A DNA stretch of 64,000 nucleotides from Eledone cirrhosa (Eukaryota): NCBI GenBank assembly GCA_964016885.1, contig OZ024744.1, positions 113,088,001 to 113,152,000 on the forward strand. Reading direction: 5' to 3'. This document shows positions 1 to 12,659 of this stretch, piece after piece. Each line of letters opens with the position of its first letter. Positions within the stretch are counted from its first letter, which is position 1. Both the position numbers and the translations under genes were made by a program. The notes below the pieces were generated by a model. That model saw only the letters and a list, made by a program, of their open reading frames with translations. It searched no databases and was not told the DNA's origin.

Positions 1-31
1 ATATATATATATATATACATATACATTATAC

Positions 32-78
<47 letters not shown>

Positions 79-255
79 CATATATATATTTATATTTATA
101 TATATGTATATATATATATATACATATATATATTTATATATATACATATATATACATATATATATACATATATATACATATATATATACATATATATACA
201 TATATATATACATATATATACATATATATACATATATATATATACATATATATAC

Positions 256-288
<33 letters not shown>

Positions 289-421
289 CATATATATATA
301 CATACACATACATACATACATACATATATACATACATATATATATACACATACATATATATATACATATATATACATATATATATACATATATATACATA
401 TATATATATATATATAAATAC

Positions 422-478
<57 letters not shown>

Positions 479-591
479 AATATATATACATATATACATA
501 TACATATATATATAAATATATATATATATACATATACATATATATATATATAAATACATATACATCTATATACATATATATATATAAATAC

Positions 592-622
<31 letters not shown>

Positions 623-825
623 CATATATATACATATATATACATATATATATATAAATACATATATATATATAAATACATATATATATATATATATATA
701 CATATATATACATATATATACATATATATATATATATAAATACATATATATATATATAAATACATATATATATATATAAATACATATATATATATATATA
801 AATACATATATATATATATACATAC

Positions 826-856
<31 letters not shown>

Positions 857-926
857 CCCGGATGTACATACATATATATATATATACATACATACATATA
901 TATACACAGATGTACATATATATATA
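1..926. repeat. (TA)n/(TACA)n compound microsatellite
   Basis: Low-complexity TA/TACA run. The YI/HI/MY ORFs over it are artefacts. Confidence 0.97.
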
Positions 927-1496
927 TGTAGTAAGATGCCTTTCGCCTCCCTGTCGGATAATGGACCAGGCCTAGTTGTCTCCCCCTGGTTGAGAACACT
1001 ATTTAAGTAAGCAGCAGTATTAGTTTCTCAGACAAGCCACGGAGACAGCAAACAGCCTTTGGACCACGAGATCACACAGATGTCAATACACTGAACTCCT
1101 ATGCCGAAGCCACAAGAATAGTGTTGGCCGAGCACTGGTTCATAACTGATTTCACTTTACTGGTCCCGTCACATTGGTGACCCAGACGTGGGCGTTACAT
1201 TGGTGACCCACGACAACTGTAATACGTTGCCTTCATTTCAACTGATCACGTCTATATTGGTATGTTGTTTCATTTGTAATATAACAAACACATAATAGAC
1301 AAAATAAACATCATCCTTATTTACATTGTTGAATAGAACTCTCGTTGTGGGTATTATCTTGTCTACACACACACCCACTCACTTATTATAATTCTATGGA
1401 GTACCTATCCTCTCACTTACGAAAATGGTAAATAGACGAGGGACTTTCCCTCACGTCTATATTGATAAACTATCCAACAGGGATTCTTCATTACCA
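927..1496 (+). repeat. 5' LTR
   Basis: TGTAGTAAG...CATTACCA, near-identical to 6276-6864. Confidence 0.93.
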
Positions 1497-1499
1497 TAC

Positions 1500-1536
1500 T
1501 GGTGACCCCGGCGTGATTTGAACACGCAGCCTTCTG
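1500..1536 (+). promoter_or_regulatory. Primer-binding site complementary to the tRNA-Trp 3' end (extended, 37 nt)
   Basis: TGGTGACCCCGGCGTGATTTGAACACGCAGCCTTCTG lies 3 nt after the 5' LTR. It is the reverse complement of the eukaryotic tRNA-Trp 3' half as recalled. Confidence 0.88.
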
Positions 1537-2150
1537 TTCATTTGAACTTAAATATTTCACTGTTATTACCACGTTGCCAACCTTTTCGCAACTTACAAAA
1601 ATACACAAAAAAAAAAAAGACAGAGAAATAATAATGTGTTTATACGGTATTGACAAAGTATACAAAACACCAGCCCAAAATTTTTCAAATATGGCGTTGC
1701 TTTTCTCCTCCGTTTTGCAATTTTCCCGCCAGGACAGGGACATTTTGAATTGCTTGTGTGTGTTCCATATTTGATCAAGAGAAAAACTGTTTTTGTGAAC
1801 ATTACTGCCCCGCTGGGGATATACATGCCTTACTTTTTTTCTAAGGGACTTTTAGCCACAGGCTACCTATTGTTGATATCCAACGTGGATATATTCTAAA
1901 ACAAACATTTTTTTTTCTCTTTTTCTCGGGTTATATGATTTGGCTGGCCCGTTGAAGCAACACAAGGGGACAGACGTTGAAGGAAAATTTTTTTTTTTTT
2001 CAAATATATATATGTACTTTATGTATTTTTGCTATTTCCTAATGTTTTGAATGTCTGTTTCTTTTTGACCTTTGATTTTTTTTTTTTTTCCATTTTGGGT
2101 GTACGAGGGAACATTAATTGCTGTTTCTATTTTTTTAAAGTCGTTTCACA

Positions 2151-2927
2151 ATGAATACGCCACATTTGCCCGCCTTTACCGGAAACCCTAAGCTGTGGTT
2201 CGCCCAGCTACAGGCGTATTTTACGGTCTGTAAGACCGAGTCTGACCAGCGCCTCGCTGTCTTGATGAGCGGACCCCCCCCCTAATTTAGCAGATTCGGT
2301 CCAAGACCTAATTACAGACCCCCCTCTGACTTAACGTATGAGTCTTTAAAAGGCGAGATCTTGAGAAGGAACTGTAAGTCGGTAGAGAGTCGTTTTCGGT
2401 CATTGATCGAGGACGAACGATTAGGTGACAGAACCCCTACCGCTTTTCTCCGGCATTTGCGGGATTTGAGCGATTCCCAAGATCAGGATAGCCCTTTCCT
2501 GAAGCAATTGTTCTTCTCTCGCCTACCTCAAGAGGTACAGGCGATCCTAGCCCATATGCTAGAGGTGAATACCCTGGATCACATTGCTGTCTCTGCTGAC
2601 AAAATTGTAGAGGTGACGAAGAGAGACACTTCGAAGCCAAAGTACGTTGCTTCCTCTTCTCTTCCTCAATCACGCTCATCAGCGAGTGATGAGAAGTTGG
2701 TCAAAACTATGGAAGCCATGACTCGTCAAATGGCGGAGTTGTGCCAGGAACTCAGGTCTTTTGGACGGCAGAGGAGCCGCTCACGATCTTATTCAACTCC
2801 TCGCCGCCGTAGCCGTTCCAAATCTTCAAATCCATCATATTGTTATTACCATGACAAATATGGTGACAAAGCCGCCCGTTGTAGGCCTCCTTGTGCTTAC
2901 GAGGGAAAAGACGACCAGAGTCACTAA
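2151..2927 (+). pseudogene. gag: gag (frameshift in the C-run near 2275-2283)
   Basis: ATG 2151 MNTPHLPAFTGNPKLWFAQLQAYF. Later LGDRTPTAFLRHL, an RS-rich linker and CYYHDKYGDKAARCRPPC (Cx2Hx9Cx3C). Confidence 0.85.
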
Positions 2928-5900
2928 CGGCGGATAGTGCGCTCTACGAAACATCATGCAACCGCCACTTTTTTATTGAGGACCTGCTGTCAGGTAGAGC
3001 TTTTCTGGTTGACACAGGTGCAGCTTGTTCAATATGGCCTGTGTGTTGTATGAAGGAGACTCTCCCTGAGTCACCTATTGAGTTGCAGGCAGTAAATTGT
3101 TCGCCGATTCGAACCTTCGGACAAATCTCGTTACCTTTGCAGTTCCGTAATCTGCGGCGTGAGTTTAAATGGATATTTACTGTCGCTGCCTTGCCGTATC
3201 CGATTCTAGGCGCGGATTTTCTCCACCATTTTTCATTGACAGTGGACCTCCGTCGTAAACGCCTAATTGATGACATCACTGGTTTTTCTGTTGTTGGCAA
3301 GGCAGCAGGAGTTCCAACGGTTAGCCCGACCTTTTTTCTTGCTAACACCGGCGATACTTACCATGCGTTGTTGAACTCGTTCTCGCAACTGACTCGGGGA
3401 AATTTTCGATTTGATGAACCAACTCATACCACGGAGCACTTCATATCTACAACTGGTGCTCCCGTTTTTTCTCGTCCTCGTCGCTTGCCTCCGGACAAAC
3501 TCAAAGCAGCACGATCAGAGTTTGATCATATGCTGCAGTTGGGGATTATTCGTCCGTCCACGAGCCCGTGGGCGTCCTCATTACACATGGTACCGAAAGC
3601 GAATGGCGATTAGAGACCTACTGGAGATTATCGACGCCTGAATTCGATAACGGTACCGGACCGTTATCCTATCCCTCATCTGCAAGACTTTGCGTCTTCG
3701 TTGCAGGGATGCAAGATATTCTCCAAACTGGATTTAATTCGTGCGTACCATCAAATTCCTGTCCATAAAAATGACATTCCAAAAACGGCTATAGTTACGC
3801 CATTTGGGTCATTTGAGTTTTTGACCATGCCGTTCGGATTAAGGAATGCCGCTAGTACGTTTCAGCGGTTTATGGATGAGGTTACTCGTGGCCTCGATTT
3901 CGTCTATACCTATATTGACGACCTGCTCATTGCTAGTTCTTCTCAAGAACAACATATGCACCATTTGAATCTTCTTTTCCGCCGATTGAAGGCGTATAAC
4001 GTGCAGATTAATGCACCCAAATGTGTTTTTGGTGCTGAGTCACTGACTTTCTTGGGTCACGTCATCGATGCTGACGGTATTCGACCCCGGCCTGAGCGAG
4101 TTAAGGTCATAGAGGATTTGCCTCCACCGACTCACTACGTCAGTTACGCCAGTTCTTAGGCCTGATCAATTTTTATAGGCGTTTCGTGTCAAATTGTGCA
4201 AGATTGCTTTTCTCCCTGACGGAAATTTTAAAAAATTGTCGGAAGAGGAATACAGACATTTCTTTAACCGAGACTCAACTTGCTGATTTTCAGCATGCCA
4301 AAACTGTTTTGGCTAATGCTTCGTTACTGACTCACCCGGTACCCGGTGCAAAGCTAACGCTTTGTGTTGATGCATCGGATATCGCTGTGAGCGCAGTGCT
4401 ACAACAAAATATCAATGGTTACCAGCAACCGCTGGAGTTTTTTCCAGAAAAATGAAACCTGCTGAGACGCGCTACAGCACCTTTGGAAGGGAGCTTTTAG
4501 CCATCTATTTGGCCGTGAAACATTTTTCACATATGCTAGAGGGTAGACTATTTACTATCCTCACTGACCATAAACCATTGACTTTTGCTTTGAGAGCGAA
4601 GGCTGATAAATACTCGCCCAGAGAGACGAGGCACCTTGATTTCATCTCGCAATATACGAGTGATATCCAGCACATTCCGGGTTCACTAAATACAGCGGCC
4701 GATGCTTTGTCCCGCTTACCCGTGACAGCGATCTCGTCATCCTCTGACATAGATCTGACTCGTTTGGCTGCGGATCAGCCTCCCCTTGAGTCATTGGATG
4801 TTACATCGCCCGAGTTTGCGAATTGCGAGATGAAATACTTGCCTCTGTCGACTGCAGTTGGCCAAATTCTCTGCGACGTCTCTTTGGACGTGCCTAGGCC
4901 CTTCGTTCCAGAGAATCATCGTCGGACCGTGTTTCTGGCATTAGATAGTTTCTCACATCCAGGATCTTCTGCCACAGTAAAGCTCATATCAGCTAGATTT
5001 TTCTGGCCAAATATGAGTGCGTCGCTTGCCAGAGATCAAAGGTCCATCGACACGTCAAGGCTCCCCTGGGTACCTTTACTAACCCAGATGCGCGTTTTTC
5101 GCACATTCACATTGATATAGTGGGACCTTGGCCGGTCAGCGACGGTTATTCTTATCTGCTGACTATAGTTGACCGTTTTTCGAGATGGCCTGAAGCCAGC
5201 CCTTGAAAAACATCACCACTGAGACAACAGCGCGTGCTCTTGTGTCTGGATGGATCTCTCGTTATGGAGTTCCATCCACAATAACTACCGACCGTGGACG
5301 ACAGTTCGAGTCGAGCCTTTTCCTCGAACTGTCAAAATTAATTGGTGCTAAACGATCAGAACTACGGCGTACCATCCCACTTCGAATGGTATGGTGGAGC
5401 GTCTTCACCGACAACTGAAGGCCTCCTTAATGGCCTCAATGGACTTGGCGCATTGGAGCGAGTACCTCCCTATTGTGCTACTAGGGATTCGGTCAACGGT
5501 AAAGGTCGACTTTGGATTTTCACCGGCCGAAGTACTGTACGGTGCCCCTCTGACGTTGCCCGGGCAAATGCTTGCCCCTATCGATCTTGATGCCCAAGAT
5601 CACGCTTCCTACGTGTCCCGTTTGCGCTCCTATTTCCAGGATTTGCCGCTAATGGACACTAGGAAACAAACTGTCAAGACTGCTGTCCCGAGGGATATTG
5701 CCTCGTGGACGCATGTCTTTGTAAGGAATGATACGGTGAAGCCCCCGCTCACACAGCCTTACACTGGACCTTACCGTGTCTTAGCGCGCTCGGCTAAGCA
5801 TTTCACTCTAGATATTAAAGGGTCCAGGGAGACAGTTACAATAGACAGGCTTAAGCAGGCTCACTTTGACACGGACGCTGTGGTTCCTGATCCACGAACC

Positions 5901-6053
5901 CCTTCGTATTTGCCTGTTGAGCGAACGCCTATTCCTGAACCACCATCATCGCCTGTCCCTACATCACCACCATCGCCACGTTACAAGACCACGACCCGTT
6001 CAGGTCGTAGGGTCCACTGGCCCAAAAAACTTTGCAGCACCGTCTATATTTAG
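2891..6053 (+). pseudogene. pol: pol (protease, RT, RNase H, integrase) with a nonsense codon and several frameshifts
   Basis: LVDTGA protease, [28 protein letters not shown] RNase [23 protein letters not shown] integrase and a GPY module. TAG at 3611-3613 replaces W. Frame switches occur near 4135, 4445, 5015, 5200 and 5350. Confidence 0.92.
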
Positions 6054-6275
6054 AGTGTGTTAGCTGCTCCATTTTTTTTTGCTTCTGTGTTTCTGCTTTT
6101 TTTTTGTCTTTTTTTTTATGCATGCATGTTTTTAACATTTTTCAAATCCTTATTCTGGATTTAACGATTGGTAGAGCGAATAGCCCCCCACCCCTTGTTG
6201 CATTGTTCGCCATCTTACTCCACGTGTAAGTAATAACATCGATTTTCGATGATTTGAAAATATGGCAGGGGGTAC

Positions 6276-6864
6276 TGTAGTAAGACGCCTTACGCCCCCC
6301 CCCCCCCCCCCCTGTCGGATAATGGACCAGGCCTAGTTGTCTCCCCCTGGTTGAGAACACTATTTAAGTAAGCAGCAGTATTACTTTCTCAGATAAGCCA
6401 CGGAGACAGCAAACAGCAGGTAGCCTTTGGACCACTAGATCACACAGATGTCAATACACTGAACTCCTATGCCGAAGCCACAAGAATAGTGTTGGCCGAG
6501 CACTGGTTCATAACTGATTTCACTTTACTGGTCCCGTCACATTGGTGACCCAGACGTGGGCTTTACATTGGTGACCCACGACAACTGTAATACGTTGCCT
6601 TCATTCCAACTGATCACGTCTATATTGGTATGTTGTTTCATTTGTAATATAACAAACACATAATAGACAAAATAAACATCATCCTTATTTACATTGTTGA
6701 ATAGAACTCTCGTTGTGGGTATTATCTTGTCTACACACACACCCACTCACTTGTTATAATTCTATGGAGTACCTATCCTCTCACTTACGAAAATGGTAAA
6801 TAGACGAGGGACTTTCCCTCACGTCTATATTGATAAACTATCCAACAGGGATTTTTCATTACCA
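6276..6864 (+). repeat. 3' LTR
   Basis: Direct repeat of 927-1496 with a few substitutions, a longer C-run and a small insertion. Confidence 0.93.
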
Positions 6865-6884
6865 TATATACATACATATATATA

Positions 6885-7182
6885 CCCGGATGTGACGCAT
6901 GCGCAGACTGAGCACACAACACACACACAGAAACAAGATGGCATAGGACAGAACAAAGGAGAGGCACAAAAAACAAAGAAAAGAATCCCCAGTCACTGAA
7001 GAGGTCGCAGAATGTGTGACGAAAGAACTTTGACAATATATAAACAACTATCTAGTTGTGGAACCAACCAACCGGAAATTGATAAATTCCTAAATTTATA
7101 AATTTATTATAATAAATTGAAGTGAAAGCAACTCGTGCGTGTGTTTCTTATTGGCAACATGACCCTCCCAAAATATAACAAA
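6885..7182 (+). mobile_element. Solo PLE pseudo-LTR with a degenerate hammerhead (6992-7034)
   Basis: Homologous to 10002-10315, which follows a PLE endonuclease C-terminus. GTCA-CTGAAGA-stem-GAAA-GAAC-TT-TGAC. Confidence 0.7.
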
Positions 7183-7264
7183 ACATATATATACATACAT
7201 ATATACATACATATATATATATACATATATACATACATATATATATATATACATATATATATAC

Positions 7265-7311
<47 letters not shown>

Positions 7312-7412
7312 CATATATACATAGATATATATATATACATATATACATATACATATACATATATATACATACGTACATATATATACATACGTACATATAT
7401 ATACATATATAT
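7183..7412. repeat. (TA)n/(TACA)n microsatellite
   Basis: Low complexity. Confidence 0.95.
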
Positions 7413-7419
7413 AAAGATC

Positions 7420-8290
7420 AATTTATTGTAACCATAGACTCAAAGAGAAGTTTTTGCACTACAAATCGAACCCTTAACCCCTTACTACCAACTGACAAAC
7501 TGCATATACTTAGACTTTATACCCTCTTGTTGTATCTAAACCCTTTTAATTACCCACAAAACCAATACATATATCCCGCCCTTCTCCCTCATTCCTCTTC
7601 TATTTCTTCGTTCTCTTCCTTCCTTCCCTCCCCTTTTTGGCTATCTTTTCTTTTCTTCTTTCTCACCCCCTTCTTTGCTTTTATTTTTGTCATTATTATC
7701 TTTATCTTTACTTTTTAATATATATATATATATATATTTATCTCTTTATATCTCCCCCCTCTCTCTCTCTCTCTCTATCCATCCCTCCCACTATGATCAA
7801 TTTAATTCTCTTTAACTCACTACATTCCACGACATGAAGTCTGCTATCAAAACTGACCAAGGAATCCTTCCACCTCTACCCCTCCCTCCATCTCAGTTTG
7901 TCACTCTACTTCCTACCTCTTCCCCCTTCCTCTCTCTCTATACTAGTAAATACAATTCCAAATAAATGTTTTTCTCTATATATTAAGAATTATTTCAAGA
8001 GTAACTTACTATTTTGAAAATTTGGACTATGAACAACAATTATAATTGAGTGGCTGCTATTTGCAGTATAGCAATATAAGGTTGCACTTACCAATGAAAC
8101 GGTCGTAAATACCTGGATAAAATCTTTCTCTTAATGCTTACCTGTGTTTTCTCTTTTATACTTTATACTCCAAGATTGAAGAGAATGCTTACAAACTTGT
8201 GGAGTTACCCCTAACCATACGTTGAAACCATCCATGAAACTGGCTTTCTTAACCAAGAACTGGATCACAATAAGCAATTTTTTGCTTCTC
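7420..8290 (+). mobile_element. Probable PLE extreme 3' remnant
   Basis: [17 protein letters not shown] resembles the PLE C-termini at 17100 (CNHRIRRTFKYYKPN*) and 49310. The 3' boundary is uncertain. Confidence 0.45.
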
Positions 8291-8367
8291 TAATTATATA
8301 TATACACATATATATATATACATACACATATACATATATATATACATATACATATATATATACATAT

Positions 8368-9676
8368 AGGTAAAGGTGATGCACTCGATAGAGGAAACTA
8401 TAGAGGTATAAAGCTGATGGACCAGGTCATGAAAGTAACAGAAAGAGTTATAGCACAGTTGATTAGGGACCGGGTGAAACTAGATGAGATGTAATTTGGG
8501 TTTGTACCAGGAAGAGGCACCACTGATGCCCTCTTCTTTGTGAGGCAGTTACAGAAAAAGTACCTAGCTAAAAGTAAGCCACTCTACTTGGCATTTGTCG
8601 ACCTTGAGAAAGCCTTTGACAGAGTTCCACGTGCTGTAATCTGGTGGGCTCTTAGAAAACTAGGAGTAGATGAATGGCTTGTGAAAGCTGTACAAGCCAT
8701 GTATAGGGGAGCAGTCAGCAAAGTTAGGATTAGCAATGAGTATAGCGAGGAATTTAGCGTACAAGTTGGTGTCCACCAGGGCTCTGTTCTTAGCCCTCTC
8801 CTGTTCATCATAGTCCTGCAGGCAATAACGGAGGAGTTTAAGACCGGATGCCCATGGGAACTCTTCTATGCTGATGACCTCACACTTATAGCTGAATCTA
8901 TGGTAGAACTAGAGAAGAAATTCCAAACTTGGATGCAAGGACTAGAAAGAAAGGGTCTCAAAGTCAACATGACAAAGACTAAGGTCCTTCTAAGTAGACT
9001 AGAAAACAGAACCCAGATCCCCTCAGGGAAATAGCCTTGCTCAGTATGTAGGAAAGGTGTAGGTAGGAACTCCATTCTCTGCCCCAAATGCAAACAATGG
9101 GTACACAAGAGATGTAGCAGGATCTCAGGAAGCTTAATTAAGAATGTAGGCTTCACATGCAGCAGCTGTGCTGTGACAGCAAGCAGCAAACAGCCACAGG
9201 AAACAAGTACCACCAATCTCTGGGACAGCTCTGTAGAAACAGTAGACAGATTCTGCTACCTATGTGACCGAATTAGCAGTGGGGGTGGGTGTTCAGAAAG
9301 TACAATAACTAGGGTAAGAACGGGATGGAAGAAGTTTAGGGAACTACTACCACTGCTAGCTGCAAAAGGCTTCTCCCTCAGAATGAAAGGCAGACTGTAT
9401 GATGCGTGTATACGAACAGCAATGTTACATGGTAGTGAGACCTGGACGCTGAAGGTGGAAGACTTACGTACATTAGAGAGAAACGAAGCCTGCATGCTCC
9501 GATGGATGTGTAACAGTAATATACGTGAACGACAAAGCATAAATGAATTGAGAGAGAGACTGAGCATAAGAGGAATCAAATGCTGTGTGCAGGAGAGGCG
9601 GTTGCGCTGGTATGGACATGTGATGCGTATGAAGGATGACAGCTGCATAAAAAGGTGCAGAATACTACAAGTCAAT
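8368..9676 (+). mobile_element. RTE LINE fragment (subfamily C), RT region with stop codons
   Basis: GKGDALDRGNYRGI, AFVDLEKAFDRV, GVHQGSVLSPLLF, YADD, a Cys finger and RRLRWYGHV. Stops at 8492 and 9032. Confidence 0.93.
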
Positions 9677-9705
9677 GTTCTCTAATTTTCTCTAATTTAC
9701 CCCTG

Positions 9706-10380
9706 ATGTTCTCTAATTTACCCCTGTGTTCTATAGAACACAGGGGTAAATTAGAGAACATAGAAATAAAAAAAATAGAATCCACACACAGAAAAGATGC
9801 AATGTTTAGGCAAATTACAGAGGCAGAAAGCATAAAAGAATTAAAACCAAAATTAAATAGAAAATATGAGTGGAACAGCAACATCACAACTTACAATTAA
9901 GGACAAAATGAAAACACACACACACATAGAACAAACAACCAACCAACAATAAATAAATAAATAAATAAACAAATAGATAAATGAACACAAACACACACAG
10001 ACACCCGGATGTGGCGCATGCGCAAACTGAGCACACAACACACACACAGAAACAAAATGGCGTAGGACAGAAGAAAGGAAAGGCACAGAAACAAAGAATG
10101 GAATCCCCAGTCACTGAAGAGGTCACAGAGTGTGTGACGAAAGGACTATGACTATATATAAACAACTATCTGGTTGTGGAACCAACCAACCAACCAGAAA
10201 TTTATAAGTTTGTAAATTTGTAAATTTATAGATTTATAAATATATAATAAATTGAAGTGAAAGCAACTGGTGCGTGTGTTTCTTATTGGCAACATGACCC
10301 TCCCAAAGTATAACAATATCGGTTTCAACACACGATTTCAGATAAAGAATCTTGCTAAACAAATTCAGAAACGAAATATA
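9706..10380 (+). mobile_element. PLE 3' end: fold-back junction, GIY-YIG C-terminus and pseudo-LTR
   Basis: 56-bp perfect palindrome at 9706-9761, then RQITEAESIKELKPKLNRKYEW (R.I.EA..I....P.LN.K.E motif), then a hammerhead-bearing repeat. Confidence 0.72.
10109..10153 (+). ncRNA. Minimal type I hammerhead ribozyme (variant)
   Basis: AGTCA CTGAAGA G GTCACA-GAGTG-TGTGAC GAAA GGAC TA TGACT. Stems I and II pair, with one extra G before stem II. Confidence 0.65.
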
Positions 10381-10755
10381 TACATATATATATATTCATA
10401 TATATATACATATACATATATACATATACATATATATATACATATACATATACATATATATATACATATATACATACATATATACACACATATACACACA
10501 TATATATATACATACATATATACACATATATATATACACATATATATATACACACATATATATATATATATACACATATATATAGATACACACATATATA
10601 TAGATACACACATATATATATATACACACATATATATATATACACACATACATATATATACACATACATATATATATATACATATATATATATACATATA
10701 TATATATACATATATATATATACATATATATATATACATATATATATATACACAC

Positions 10756-10786
<31 letters not shown>

Positions 10787-10909
10787 CATATATATATATA
10801 CACATATATATATATATACACATATATATATATACATATATATACATATATATATATACATATATATATATATACATATTTATATATACATATATATATA
10901 TACATATAT
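10381..10909. repeat. (TA)n/(TACA)n microsatellite
   Basis: Low complexity. Confidence 0.95.
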
Positions 10910-11266
10910 ATAAGTTGAAATAGAATGAAACGAAATTTAATTTCTCACTCTTAGTACGGCACTTACTTAAATGTAAGTATGTATGTATACGTACATACAT
11001 ATATGTATACAGACGTACAGTAGTATGCATATATATACATACAAGTACACATATATATATGTACGTATCAGTTTAGCGGACGTTTATTATAACGCCCGCT
11101 TTGTCCGTTTGTAAACAAACGGACAGCCTGATTTATGCCGTGCGGTGTTAAGGCAACCACGTCACCTTTTTTTTTTGTTTTTTGTTTACAAATGGACAAA
11201 GCGGGCGTTATAATAAACGTCCGCTAAACTGATACGTACATATATATATATGTGTACCTGTATGTA

Positions 11267-11304
<38 letters not shown>

Positions 11305-11818
11305 TACTACTGTACGTCTGTATACATATATGTATGTACGTATACATACATACTTACATTTAAGTAAGTGCCGTACTAAGAGTGAGAAATGAAATTTCGT
11401 TTCATTCTATTTCAACTTATCGTTTTCGGTGCGCCTGGCCGACTGAACTCACTCGATATGCAAATTAGGCTGCTCAGCCGTTAATTTTCATAAGGAAAGT
11501 ATATACTTTCGAACGTTCAACCATCTGGCAGAAGGGTATACGGTGCTGATGATAGCTAAGAAGCTTGAAACTAGTACATCGTTCCTGTGTCAGTGTTGAT
11601 CAAAAAGGTGACGTGGTTGTCTTAACACCGTACGGCATAAATCAGGCTGTCCGTTTGTTTACAAACGGACAAAGCGGGTGTTATAATAAACGTCCGCTAA
11701 ACTGATACGTACATATATATATGTGTACCTGTATGTATATATGTATATATATATATATATGCATACTACTGTACGTCTGTATACATATATGTATGTACGT
11801 ATACATACATACTTACAT
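10910..11818 (+). mobile_element. Non-coding retrozyme/PLE-like insertion: 473-bp unit, partial tandem copy and inverted copy
   Basis: 11184-11656 is partly repeated at 11657-11818. 10910-11170 is the reverse complement across the unit junction. The unit contains a hammerhead. Confidence 0.75.
11540..11582 (+). ncRNA. Minimal type I hammerhead ribozyme
   Basis: ACGGTG CTGATGA TAGCT-AAGA-AGCTT GAAA CTAG TA CATCGT: 6-bp stem I, intact core and palindromic CTAG loop III. Confidence 0.8.
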
Positions 11819-12038
11819 ATATATATATACATATACATATATACATATACACATACATATACACATATACATATACACTTATACATATATACATGTACAC
11901 ATATACATATACACATATACATAGATACATATACATATACATATACACATACACATATACACATATACATATATACATACACATATACATATATACATAC
12001 ATACATATACACATACATACATATACACATATATACAC

Positions 12039-12069
<31 letters not shown>

Positions 12070-12560
12070 CATATACATACATACATATACATACATACAT
12101 ATACATACATACATACATATACATACATACATATACATACATACATACATATACATACATACATATACATACATACATACATATACATACATACATATAC
12201 ATACATACATACATATACATACATACATACATATACATACATACATATACATATATACATACATACATATACATACATATACATACATACATAATATACA
12301 TACATACATATACATACACATACATATACATACATACATATACATACATACATATACATACATACATACACATACATATACATACATACATATACATACA
12401 TACATATACATACATACATATACATATATATACATACATATACATAAATACATATACATAAATACATATACATACATACATATACATACATATATACATA
12501 CATACATACACATACATACATACACATACATACATATACGTAGATACATATATATATATA
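11819..12560. repeat. (TACA)n/(TATACA)n microsatellite
   Basis: Low complexity. Confidence 0.95.
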
Positions 12561-12592
12561 AGATCAAAAGATGGTTAAAGGAGTTCCATGTA

Positions 12593-12659
12593 TTTTATTA
12601 TGCGCATTTCAAAAACAAACATCATCATGCAATAATATTTGTGTTTTCATCAGATAAAA
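12593..12659 (-). ncRNA. Type I hammerhead ribozyme with a long stem II
   Basis: Minus strand TTTTAT CTGATGA AAACACAAATATTATTGCATGATGATGTTTGTTTTT GAAA TGCGCA TA ATAAAA. Confidence 0.8.

Larger units (their letters stand above)
927..6864 (+). mobile_element. Full-length, disrupted Ty3/Gypsy LTR retrotransposon, CsRn1/Kabuki/Boudicca-like
   Basis: Two TG..CA LTRs, a tRNA-Trp PBS, gag with a CHCC knuckle, PR-RT-RH-IN order and a purine tract (GGCAGGGGG, 6264-6272). TATA flanks both ends, within TA repeats. Confidence 0.95.

Noticed and set aside
1500-1536. tRNA-Trp gene
   Set aside because: Only the antisense 3' half is present, including CCA, directly after an LTR. It is a PBS.
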